Source of the DNA: an uncultured delta proteobacterium
GTDB lineage: Bacteria; Myxococcota_A; Polyangia; Polyangiales; Polyangiaceae
Length of the DNA: 64,000 nt
Assembly (NCBI GenBank): GCA_963696385.1
Contig: CAVOKF010000005.1
Coordinates: 1,184,001-1,248,000 of the forward strand
Direction: 5' to 3'
Shown: piece after piece, positions 17,599 to 26,598 of the stretch
How the letters are laid out: each line of letters begins with the position of its first letter
Numbering within the stretch: the first letter of the stretch is position 1
Notes under the pieces: generated by a model
What the model was told of the DNA's origin: nothing
The model's database searches: none
What the model saw: the letters and a program-made list of their open reading frames with translations, nothing else
Made by a program: the position numbers and the translations under genes

Positions 17599-20292
17599 AT
17601 GAACAAATCGATAGCGATCGCCACGTGTCTGGTGGTCGGCGCAGGCGTGACGGCCGCGGGGGCACTGACCGTGCCTAGCAAGTACTACGGCTCGGACACG
17701 CTCGAAAACGTCACGAAAGACGCCATTACGAACGCAACCGGCTTGGGCTCTGGCCAGGCCGGTAACTACCTCGCGGGCGGATCCGGAGCGGGTCAGGGCG
17801 CCATGGCGGCGAGCAGTTTGCTTGCGGCCACGCAGCAGACTGCGCCGATGAGTAAGATGCTGACGAACGGCGTTTGCAACAAGCTGGGGGGGACGAACGG
17901 CTCGGCGGCGACCAACGCGAACGGCATCGTCATCGGCATGGACGCGGTCGACATTCTGGCGTCGTCGACGATTCCCGCCATTACCAACGGCGGACGGGCA
18001 GTATGCAGTGATTCGTCCCTCGCCGACCAGAACGCGCAAGAGCCGAATGGTCTTGCCTACAGTGGGTCGATCGCGGCGGGTGTGCCGTTCGCCAACGCCG
18101 CCGGGAACACGCAAAATTGGAAGTGGACGCTGGCGCTTCTTTACGGAGGACTCGACTTGTCGGCCCCGGCGGGCACTCTTCCGAACTGCCTCAGCACGGC
18201 GCGGGCCGATTTGGTCAACAACTGGAGCCTCTTATTTCAGAACAACAGCACGTGCACCAACGGGTCGGCCAACGCCGAAGTCTGCGGTGACTCGGTTCAC
18301 CTCGCGGCGGGCGACGGGACGCACGTACCGCTGATGCATGCCTTTCGACGCGACGATGCGTCGGGTACATCCGATGTCTTTTCGTCGCTCATCGGCTTGC
18401 AAGTGCTCATGCCGTCGCCGTCGGCGTCTTCCAACAACGGATTCGGCGCGAGTCCCTACTGCAACGCCCTCAACTGGGACACGAACGTCAACAACAACAA
18501 CGGCGGGTTCTGCGGCGGTGCAATCCTCGCTACGGGTCCAAACTCAGGGAATCTGACTTTCGGCCCCGACGACCAATTCGTCGGTCCAGGCGGTGTGCCC
18601 GATACGAATTCAAATTGCACATTCGTGTCGTTCGCGAGCAGCGCCGTCAGTGGCACCGAGAGCTGCCCTGGAAATGCAGGTACGGGCCCTCTACCTGGAG
18701 GTTTAGGAGGTGGAAATCATCGCATGCCGCCGCCGGGCACGTGGGGCAGTTCCAGCCCTGGCGTCGTCGCGGGTCCGGCCATCACCGGCAATCCGAGCAA
18801 CTTCGACGTCTTGCCCACGAGCTTCCAGGACAACGACCCGATCCGGCGCACCTGTATCGGCACGATCTCCGGCGGCCAGACCACCAACGTCCTTGCGTCG
18901 AGCGAGCAGGTTTGCAACCTCGACGGCAAGCTCGGCCTGGTTCTCGCCATCCCGGCTTCGGACTTCATTACGAGCCAGACCAACCCCGCCGGCACGCCCG
19001 AGGTGCAGTACCCGACGGCGGCCTGCACGGGTGCGCAGCGGCTCGGCAAGCCGGTGAACGTCCTCAATTGCGCTCCCTTCCAATCGGCGACGCACGCGGG
19101 AGAGTGTCCCGACGGCGACGGACTGATTGGAACGAGTTGCGAAGTCCCGATCGCGACCTCGCCGCTGACCTCGCAGTGCATCGCATCCAAAACGGTCTCG
19201 GTCGTCTCGCACAAGCGGTCGCTCGGCTCGCCCGATGGCCGTGTCTACAACCTGTTCATGCGGGACGGAACGACCACGGACGGCTCGATCACCTACATTG
19301 AAGAGAGCATCCAAAATGGCACGAGCTCCCCGCCGACCGTCGACTTCATCGGCGGAATGGGAACCATCCACAGCATCGCGACGGTGTGGAACGACGGCAA
19401 CGTGCCAAGCACGGTCACGCTGGCGCTGACTTCGCCGCCGAACGTCGGCTGCCAAATGGTGGATGCGACCGATCAGATCGCATGCCTCGTGCAGGCCGAC
19501 CCGTGCAGCCTCGGGTACGCGGGCGACGGTGGAAAGTCGTGGAACACGCGCCAGAACGGAGTCGTGTGCCAGACCCTCGCGGCTCAGGGTATCTGCGCCG
19601 GCACCGGCACCAACGGAACCCAACCGCCCTACTCCACGAGCTCAGCTCTCGCGCCGTTCGTCTGTCCGGCTCAATGCATCGGCAGCGGCTTGGCGGGCCC
19701 GCAGAGCACCGACTCGCTCCGAATCGACCAGACGTATCCGACCGAGACGACCGTCACGAATCTCGGCTCGCAAAGCGTCGAGTACCAGATCGCGCGCAAG
19801 CTCTACTTCAACTCTCTGGTTGGTTTCTCAGGCATTACGGCCGGTACCGGCGCGTATGCTGACACGGCCACGGGAGAGCTGACGCTGGCCCAATACGAGG
19901 CCAACAATCCGTCGACGCAAATCAATCCGATCCTCACGAGCGTCGGCTACTTCGCGCTCGGTGGCCAGACCAACTCCACTTACAACGCGCCGTTCTGCGA
20001 GGACTTCAACGAGGCGCTCGTCTGCGGATTTGCGACGAACACCAACGGCTGCACCGGCAACGCGGGAAATAACTCCGTTCTTGGAGTTCCGGTCGATCTG
20101 CCAAGCCAGGGGTCCATCTGCGGCAACGGCATTCAAGAGCCCTACGAGGAATGCGACAACGGGACTCCAGACTTGGCCGGGGCGGTCAACGGTGGCAATG
20201 GCTCGTCGGGCAACAATTGCTCGACCATCTGCCGATGCTCCGGCACGACGTCATACGAGAACATCGGGGGGACTGGCTACAAGTGCCAGTGA
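17599..20292 (+). CDS. Secreted Cys-rich protein on a PstS/PBP-like scaffold with C-terminal myxococcal Cys-rich repeat (paralog 1)
   Basis: GGAGG RBS and signal peptide AGA|L. PstS-like motifs GSDTL, GGSGAG, RRDDASGTSDVF and YQIARKLYF. CGNGIQEPYEECDNG repeat at the C-terminus. Confidence 0.8.
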   Translation: MNKSIAIATCLVVGAGVTAAGALTVPSKYYGSDTLENVTKDAITNATGLGSGQAGNYLAGGSGAGQGAMAASSLLAATQQTAPMSKMLTNGVCNKLGGTNGSAATNANGIVIGMDAVDILASSTIPAITNGGRAVCSDSSLADQNAQEPNGLAYSGSIAAGVPFANAAGNTQNWKWTLALLYGGLDLSAPAGTLPNCLSTARADLVNNWSLLFQNNSTCTNGSANAEVCGDSVHLAAGDGTHVPLMHAFRRDDASGTSDVFSSLIGLQVLMPSPSASSNNGFGASPYCNALNWDTNVNNNNGGFCGGAILATGPNSGNLTFGPDDQFVGPGGVPDTNSNCTFVSFASSAVSGTESCPGNAGTGPLPGGLGGGNHRMPPPGTWGSSSPGVVAGPAITGNPSNFDVLPTSFQDNDPIRRTCIGTISGGQTTNVLASSEQVCNLDGKLGLVLAIPASDFITSQTNPAGTPEVQYPTAACTGAQRLGKPVNVLNCAPFQSATHAGECPDGDGLIGTSCEVPIATSPLTSQCIASKTVSVVSHKRSLGSPDGRVYNLFMRDGTTTDGSITYIEESIQNGTSSPPTVDFIGGMGTIHSIATVWNDGNVPSTVTLALTSPPNVGCQMVDATDQIACLVQADPCSLGYAGDGGKSWNTRQNGVVCQTLAAQGICAGTGTNGTQPPYSTSSALAPFVCPAQCIGSGLAGPQSTDSLRIDQTYPTETTVTNLGSQSVEYQIARKLYFNSLVGFSGITAGTGAYADTATGELTLAQYEANNPSTQINPILTSVGYFALGGQTNSTYNAPFCEDFNEALVCGFATNTNGCTGNAGNNSVLGVPVDLPSQGSICGNGIQEPYEECDNGTPDLAGAVNGGNGSSGNNCSTICRCSGTTSYENIGGTGYKCQ

Positions 20293-20345
20293 CGAGAAGG
20301 AGACGTCGCCGCTAGACTCGTCGTCTAAGCGAACGGCAACAGGCG

Positions 20346-20379
20346 AAAAGGCGCACCCCAGCGATGGGGTGCGCCTTTT
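20346..20379. terminator. Bidirectional Rho-independent terminator between convergent paralogs 1 and 2
   Basis: AAAAGGCGCACCCCA-GCGA-TGGGGTGCGCCTTTT perfect hairpin with A and T tails. Confidence 0.9.
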
Positions 20380-20473
20380 TCGTATCGATCACCTTGCTAA
20401 AGCAGCGTTCCGAATCATGGAACGGCGCTTTAGGCCAGCCGAAGGCGCTGGCCCTGGTTGCCCCACGGACCCC

Positions 20474-23116
20474 TCACTGGCATTTGAAGCCTGTTCCCCC
20501 GACGTTCTCGTACGAGAAAATGGGGGCGCATCGGCAGGTGTTGGTGCAGTTGTTGCCTGATGCGCCGTTGCCGCCGTTCACGGCGGCTCCGGTGCCGCTC
20601 GTGACGCCCGGAGTGCCATTGTCGCATTCCTCGTAGGGCTCTTGAATGCCGTTTCCGCAGATGGACCCCTGGCTCGGTAGATCGACGGCAACACCAAGAA
20701 CGGCGTTGCTTCCGGCGTTGGTGAGGCAGCCGTTGACGTTGGACGCTGTCCCGCCCGCGCCGGCTGCGGATCCGCAGATGAGCTCCTCGTTGAAGTCTTC
20801 GCAGAACGGCGTGTTGTAGGGCGCCGTAGCCGCGGAAGGCAGCGTGAAGAAACCGACGGTTGTGAGAATGGGGTTGATCTGGGTCGTCGGATTGTTGGCC
20901 TCGTATTGGGCTAGCGTCAGCTCGCCCGTGGCCGTGTCCGTCTGACTGGAAGTCCCGGCGGTAATCGCCGAGAAGCCAACCAGAGAGTTGAAATAAAGCT
21001 TTCGCGCAATCTGGTACTCGACGTTTTGCGAGCCGAGATCCGTGACGGTCGTCTCGGTCGGATACGTCTGGTCGATTCGGATCGAATCGGTGCTTTGGGG
21101 GCCAGCGATACCGGTCCCAAGGCACTGCGCCGGGCAGACGAACGGCGCGAGGGCGGCGCTCGTGGAGTAGGGCGGTTGGTCCCCATTGGTGCCGGTGCCG
21201 GCGCAGACGCCCTGATCCGCGAGGGTCTGGCACACGATTCCGTTCTGGCGCGTGTTCCACGTTTTGCCGTTGTCGGCGGCAAAGCCGAAGCTGCAGGGGT
21301 CGGCCTGCACCAAGCAGCCGATCTGATCGTCGGCGACGACCATTTGGCAGCCGACGTTCGGCGGGCCGGAGGTAACGACGAGTGCAGCATTGCTCGCGAC
21401 GCTGCCGTCGTTCCAGACGGTTTCGACCGTGTGGATGCGACCCATACCGCCCGCGAAGTCGATGACGACCGGGGTGCTCGTGCCGTTTTGGAGGGTCTGC
21501 TTGATGTAGGCGATCGACCCGTCCACCGTGTCTCCGTCGCGCATGAACAGGTTGTAGATGCGCCCGTCGGGCGAGTTGAGCGTTCGCTTGTGCGACACGA
21601 CGGAGACGGTCTTGGACGCGATGCACTGGGACGTGAGCGGCGAGGTCGCGATCGGGACTTCACAGCTCGTGCCAATCAGTCCGTCGCCGTCGGGACACTC
21701 TCCCGCGTGCGTGGCCGATTGGAAGGGACCGCAATTGAGGACGTTCACCGGTTTGCCGAGCCGCTGCGCACCGGTGCAAGCCGCCGTCGGGTATTGAACC
21801 ATCCCCGCGGGTGAGGTGATCGTCGGAATGAAGTCCGAGGCCGGAATGGCAAGAACGACGCCGAGCTTGCCGTCGAGATTGCAAACTTCCTCGCCGGACG
21901 CGAGGGCATTGCCCGTTTGGCCGCCCGAGATCGTTCCGATGCAGGTGCGCCGGATCGGATCGTTGTCTTGGAAGCTCGTGGGCAAGACGTCGAAGTTGCT
22001 CGGATTGCCGGTGATGGCGGGCGCGTTGCCCCAGGTGCCGGGCGGCGGCATGCGGTGGTTTCCACCTCCGCCCGACACGGCGCACGTCTCGGCGGTATTG
22101 ACGGCGCTGGTCGCGAACGACTTGAACGTGCACAGCGAATTCGGATCGGGCACGCCGCCGGGACCCACGAATTGGTCGTCGCCTCCGAAGGTCAAATTGC
22201 CCAAGCTATTGACCACTCCGCCGCAGAACCCACCGTTGTTGTTGGCGACGTTGGTGTCCCAGTTGAGGACGTTGCAGTACGGGCTCGTGCCGAATCCGTT
22301 GTTGGCCGACGCCGACACGCCCGGCATGAGCACTTGCAAGCCGATGAGCGATGAAAAGACATCGCCCGTGCCCGCCAAATCGTCGCGCCGAAAGGCGTGC
22401 ATCAGCGGTACATGCGTCCCGTCGCCGGCCGCAACGTGAACCGAGTCGCCGCAGACTTCGGCGTTGGCCGACCCGTTGCTGCACGTGCTGCTGTTCTGAA
22501 ACAAGAGGCTCCAGTTATTGACCAATGCGGCCCGCGCCGTGCTGGCGCAATCCGGGAGGGTGCCCGCGGGGGCCGACAGGTCGAGGCCTCCGTAGAGAAG
22601 CGCCAGCGCCCACTTCCAGTTCTGCGTGTTGCCGGCGGTGTTGGCGAACGGCACACCCGCCGCCGTCGTCCCGCTGTAGGCAAGGCCGCTTGGATCTTGT
22701 CCATTCTGGTTGGACGAGTTGCTGCATGTCGACGTGGCCGGAATCGTCGACGACGCCAGGATGTCGACCGCGTCCATGCCGATGACGATGCCGCTCGCGT
22801 TGGTCGCGGCCGAGCCGTTGGTTCCCCCGAGCTTGTTGCACACGCTGCTGTTGAGCATTTTCGTCATCGGCGCCGTCTGCTGCGTCGAGGCCTTGACGGT
22901 GCTTGTCGCCATCGCCGATTGGCCCGCGGCCGACCCGCCCGCGACATAGCTACTGGCCTGGGTGGAGCCCAAAGCGGGCGCGGCCGAAATGGCATCCTTC
23001 GTGACGTTGGTGAGCGTGTCCGAGCCGAAGTACGGGGCCGGCACGGTTAGCGCCCCCACGGCCGTGATGCCCGATCCGACCACCAGGCCGGTGGCGATCG
23101 CTATCGATGTTCTCAT
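20474..23116 (-). CDS. Secreted Cys-rich PstS/PBP-like protein (paralog 2)
   Basis: Colinear with paralog 1. Motifs GSDTL, GGSAAG, RRDDLAGTGDVF and YQIARKLYF. Ends GFKCQ. Confidence 0.8.
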   Translation of the reverse strand: MRTSIAIATGLVVGSGITAVGALTVPAPYFGSDTLTNVTKDAISAAPALGSTQASSYVAGGSAAGQSAMATSTVKASTQQTAPMTKMLNSSVCNKLGGTNGSAATNASGIVIGMDAVDILASSTIPATSTCSNSSNQNGQDPSGLAYSGTTAAGVPFANTAGNTQNWKWALALLYGGLDLSAPAGTLPDCASTARAALVNNWSLLFQNSSTCSNGSANAEVCGDSVHVAAGDGTHVPLMHAFRRDDLAGTGDVFSSLIGLQVLMPGVSASANNGFGTSPYCNVLNWDTNVANNNGGFCGGVVNSLGNLTFGGDDQFVGPGGVPDPNSLCTFKSFATSAVNTAETCAVSGGGGNHRMPPPGTWGNAPAITGNPSNFDVLPTSFQDNDPIRRTCIGTISGGQTGNALASGEEVCNLDGKLGVVLAIPASDFIPTITSPAGMVQYPTAACTGAQRLGKPVNVLNCGPFQSATHAGECPDGDGLIGTSCEVPIATSPLTSQCIASKTVSVVSHKRTLNSPDGRIYNLFMRDGDTVDGSIAYIKQTLQNGTSTPVVIDFAGGMGRIHTVETVWNDGSVASNAALVVTSGPPNVGCQMVVADDQIGCLVQADPCSFGFAADNGKTWNTRQNGIVCQTLADQGVCAGTGTNGDQPPYSTSAALAPFVCPAQCLGTGIAGPQSTDSIRIDQTYPTETTVTDLGSQNVEYQIARKLYFNSLVGFSAITAGTSSQTDTATGELTLAQYEANNPTTQINPILTTVGFFTLPSAATAPYNTPFCEDFNEELICGSAAGAGGTASNVNGCLTNAGSNAVLGVAVDLPSQGSICGNGIQEPYEECDNGTPGVTSGTGAAVNGGNGASGNNCTNTCRCAPIFSYENVGGTGFKCQ

Positions 23117-23343
23117 TTCCGAAATTCTCCGATTGCAGTTCCGACGCACTTGCCCGACCGACCGATTTCGGAATGGGCCAGCCGACTATGTCGGGCTGCG
23201 GATGTGTCCGCAATCGTAGACTTTACGATTCCGCAACGAACGGCGCACGATTGTGCAACGCACGGCAACGGGACGGCCTCCATGCCGTGACGCGCCGACC
23301 GGACGGCGAAGGAGGCCCGCGGGCGAGCGCACAAAATGAAAGA

Positions 23344-23375
23344 AGAGGCGCATCCCACGAAGGGGATGCGCCTCT
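23344..23375 (-). terminator. Terminator hairpin after paralog 3
   Basis: AGAGGCGCATCCC-ACGAAG-GGGATGCGCCTCT 13-bp stem followed on the minus strand by TCTTTCATTTT. Confidence 0.8.
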
Positions 23376-23436
23376 CTCGATTGAGGCTCTCGTTATTCGT
23401 TCGCGGTCTGGCTTGCGGGTCCGGTGAGGCCGGCTC

Positions 23437-26130
23437 TCACTGGCACTTGAAGCCCGTGCCGGTGTTTTCGTAAGAGAACGTGCCTGCGCAGCGGCAGATG
23501 GTCGAGCAATTGTTGCCCGATCCGCCGTTGCCACCGTTGACGGCGGTTCCGGTTCCGCTCGTGACGCCGGGGGTGCCGTTGTCGCATTCCTCATAGGGCT
23601 CTTGAATGCCGTTGCCGCAGATCGACCCTGTGCTCGGCAGGCCGACGGCGACTCCGAGAGTGGCGTTGTTTCCCGCGTTGCCGGGGCACGCGTCGACGTT
23701 GGACGCCGTCCCGCCCGCGCCGGCCGCGGCTCCGCAGACCAGCTCCTCGTTGAAGTCCTCGCAGAACGGCGCGTTGTACGGGGCTGTAGCGGCGGAAGGC
23801 AGTGTGAAGTAGCCGACGCTCGTGAGAATCGAGTTGATCACGGGGACGCCGCTGACGACCGAGGCCTCGTATTGGGCCAAGGTGAGCTCGCCGGTGGCCG
23901 TGTCCGTCTGACCCGAAGTCCCGGCGGTAATGGCCGAGAAGCCCACAAGAGAGTTGAAGTAGAGCTTGCGCGCGATCTGGTACTCCACGGTTTGCGAGCC
24001 GAGATCGGTCACGGTCGTTTCGGTCGGATACGTCTGGTCGATCCGGAGCGAGTCCGTGCTTTGGGGGCCGGCTAAGCCGCTGCCGATGCATTGCGCCGGA
24101 CACACGAACGGCGCGAGGGCTGAGCTCGTGGAGTAGGGCGGTTGGGTTCCATTGGTGCCGCTGCCGGCGCAGACGCCTTGGGCCGCGAGGGTCTGGCAGA
24201 CGATTCCGTTCTGGCGTGTGCTCCACGACTTGCCGCCGTCGGCTGCATACCCGAAGCTGCAGGGGTCGGCTTGGACCAAGCACCCCACCTGATCGTCGGC
24301 GGAGACCATCTGGCAGCCGACGTTCGGCGGCGAAGTCAGCGCCAGCGTGGCATTGCTCGCCACGTTGCCGTCGTTCCACACCGTCGCGATGGTGTGGATG
24401 GTTCCCATTCCGCCGATGAAGTCGACGGTCGGCGGCGAACTTGTGCCATTTTGGATCGTCTGTTCGATGTAGGTGATCGATCCGTCCGTGGTCGTTCCGT
24501 CCCGCATGAACAGGTTGTAGACGCGCCCATCGGGCGAGCCGAGCGTCCGCTTGTGCGAGACGACCGAGACCGTCTTGGATGCGATGCACTGCGAGGTCAG
24601 CGGAGAGGTCGCGATCGGGACTTCGCAACTCGTTCCAATCAGTCCGTCGCCGTCGGGACACTCTCCCGCGTGCGTCGCCGATTGGAAGGGACCGCAATTG
24701 AGGACGTTCACCGGCTTGCCGAGCCGCTGCGCACCCGTGCAGGCCACTGTCGGGTATTGAACCTCCGGCGTGCCAGCGGGGTTGGTCTGGCTCGAGATGA
24801 AGTCCGAAGTGGGGACAGCGAGGACGACTCCGAGTTTTCCGTCGAGGTTGCAAACTTGCTCGCCCGATGCAAGGACGTTGGTCGTCTGGCCTCCGGAGAT
24901 CGTTCCGATGCAGGTGCGCCGGATCGGGTCGTTGTCCTGGAAGCCGGTGGGCAGCACATCGAAGTTGCTGGGATTGCCGGTGATGGCCGGAGTGTTGCCC
25001 CACGTGCCCGGCGGCGGCATGCGGTGATTTCCACCGCCGCCCGTCGTGTTGCATGTTTCGGTACCACTGACGGCGCTGCTCGCGAACGACTTGAACGTGC
25101 ACAGCGAATTCGGGTCGATGACACCGCCGGGGCCGACGAATTGGTCGTCGGGGCCGAAAGTCAGATTGCCCAGGCTATTGAGCTGTCCGCCGCAGAACCC
25201 ACCGTTGTTGTTGTTGACGTTCGTGTCCCAGTTGAGGGCGTTGCAGTAAGGACTCGCGCCGAATCCGTTGTTGGATGAAGCCGATGGCGACGGCATGAGC
25301 ACCTGCAAGCCGATGAGCGACGAGAAGACGTCGGATGTGCCGGACGAGTCGTCACGCCGGAATGCGTGCATCAGCGGTACGTGCGTTCCGTCGCCCGCAG
25401 CAACGTGAACCGAGTCGCCGCAGACGTCGGCGTTGTTGCCGGATGGCGCGGCGGGAGAGGCCGTCCCGTTGCTGCACGTGCTGCTATTTTGAAATAACAG
25501 ACTCCAATTGTTGACCAGAGCCGCGCGCACCGAGCTGCTGCAGTCCGGAAGCGTGCCCGCTGGGGCCGACAGGTCGAGGCCTCCGTAGAGAAGCGCGAGC
25601 GTCCACTTCCAGTTCTGCGTGTTGCCCGCGGTGTTGGCGAACGGCACGCCCGCCGCAATCGAGCCGCTGTAGGCAAGACCGTTCGCTTCCTGCGCGTTCT
25701 GGTCGGCGACGGACGAATCACTGCAGACAGCCTGCCCGCCGTTGGTAATGGCCGGGATCGTCGACGACGCCAGAATGTCGACCGCGTCCATGCCGATGAC
25801 GATGCCGCTCGCGTTGGTCGCGGCCGAGCCGTTCGTCCCCCCGATCTTGTTGCACACCCCATTCGTCAGCATTTTCGTCATGGGCGCGGTCTGCTGCGTG
25901 GAGGCCTTCACCGAACTGGCCGCCATGGCCGACTGACCGGCGCCAGAGCCGCCGGCGAGGTAGTTCGCTTCCTGGCTGGAGCCCAACCCCGGTGCAGCCA
26001 GAATGGCATCCCGAGTGACGTAAAGAAGTGAATCCGACCCGTAGTACGCCGTAGGCAAGGTCAGTGCCCCTGCGGCCGTAATGCCCGCGCCGACCACCAA
26101 GCCGGTGGCGATCGCTATAGATTTTCTCAT
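23437..26130 (-). CDS. Secreted Cys-rich PstS/PBP-like protein (paralog 3)
   Basis: GGAGG RBS. Motifs GSDSL, GGSGAG, RRDDSSGTSDVF and YQIARKLYF. Ends GFKCQ. Confidence 0.8.
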   Translation of the reverse strand: MRKSIAIATGLVVGAGITAAGALTLPTAYYGSDSLLYVTRDAILAAPGLGSSQEANYLAGGSGAGQSAMAASSVKASTQQTAPMTKMLTNGVCNKIGGTNGSAATNASGIVIGMDAVDILASSTIPAITNGGQAVCSDSSVADQNAQEANGLAYSGSIAAGVPFANTAGNTQNWKWTLALLYGGLDLSAPAGTLPDCSSSVRAALVNNWSLLFQNSSTCSNGTASPAAPSGNNADVCGDSVHVAAGDGTHVPLMHAFRRDDSSGTSDVFSSLIGLQVLMPSPSASSNNGFGASPYCNALNWDTNVNNNNGGFCGGQLNSLGNLTFGPDDQFVGPGGVIDPNSLCTFKSFASSAVSGTETCNTTGGGGNHRMPPPGTWGNTPAITGNPSNFDVLPTGFQDNDPIRRTCIGTISGGQTTNVLASGEQVCNLDGKLGVVLAVPTSDFISSQTNPAGTPEVQYPTVACTGAQRLGKPVNVLNCGPFQSATHAGECPDGDGLIGTSCEVPIATSPLTSQCIASKTVSVVSHKRTLGSPDGRVYNLFMRDGTTTDGSITYIEQTIQNGTSSPPTVDFIGGMGTIHTIATVWNDGNVASNATLALTSPPNVGCQMVSADDQVGCLVQADPCSFGYAADGGKSWSTRQNGIVCQTLAAQGVCAGSGTNGTQPPYSTSSALAPFVCPAQCIGSGLAGPQSTDSLRIDQTYPTETTVTDLGSQTVEYQIARKLYFNSLVGFSAITAGTSGQTDTATGELTLAQYEASVVSGVPVINSILTSVGYFTLPSAATAPYNAPFCEDFNEELVCGAAAGAGGTASNVDACPGNAGNNATLGVAVGLPSTGSICGNGIQEPYEECDNGTPGVTSGTGTAVNGGNGGSGNNCSTICRCAGTFSYENTGTGFKCQ

Positions 26131-26221
26131 TTTGCCGAAACCTCCAAAGTGCTGTGCCGACGCCGTGCCATGTCCCAATGGGCGCGCAGGCGTTCGTTTT
26201 AACAGACGAACGCTCCGTCGA

Positions 26222-26237
26222 AGCATCAAACGGGCCC
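26222..26237 (-). promoter_or_regulatory. Putative sigma-54 -24/-12 promoter (GGGCCCG-TTTG-ATGCT)
   Basis: GG-N10-GC spacing, 93 bp from the shared box and ~90 bp upstream of ATG 26130. Confidence 0.4.
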
Positions 26238-26329
26238 ATCGGCCGAAAGAGCAGGTATCTTCAACATTGGCACGTACAATCAGACACTTAGGATCCGCGC
26301 GAAGACGATGGCCTCAGCCCCGCGATCAA

Positions 26330-26363
26330 CCGATTTTCGGAATCAAGCCACTGATTATCGGAG
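26330..26363. promoter_or_regulatory. Putative tandem activator-binding site CCGATTTTCGGAATCA...CTGATTATCGGAG
   Basis: 16 bp identical to 11796-11811, with a second degenerate copy 21 bp away. Confidence 0.6.
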
Positions 26364-26598
26364 GGCAGTAGACGGCTCTTTTGTCATGGACCCCGTGTCT
26401 TCGCAGGCGACCTGAGTGAACCGAGGGTCGCGCCATCCGGCGTCATGCGGACGACGACCCCCGCGCATCGCGTTTCGGTCGCGAACGATCCGTCGATCCG
26501 AGCCCAACGTCGATCCCTCTTGCCGATCCGCCTGACGCCCCGCGCGGGAAGTGACGCGTCGGCGTGCCCTCGAAGTTGCGCCGAACCCTTTACGCGAT

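Noticed and set aside
17599..26130. Paralogs as targets of a diversity-generating retroelement or a site-specific shufflon
   Set aside because: No reverse transcriptase or adjacent invertase. Differences are block-like with indels rather than adenine-specific.
26155..26170. TGGCACG-GCGT-CGGCA sigma-54-like element just before paralog 3
   Set aside because: The implied start site would fall within the GGAGG RBS. The element at 26222-26237 fits the spacing seen at the other promoters better.
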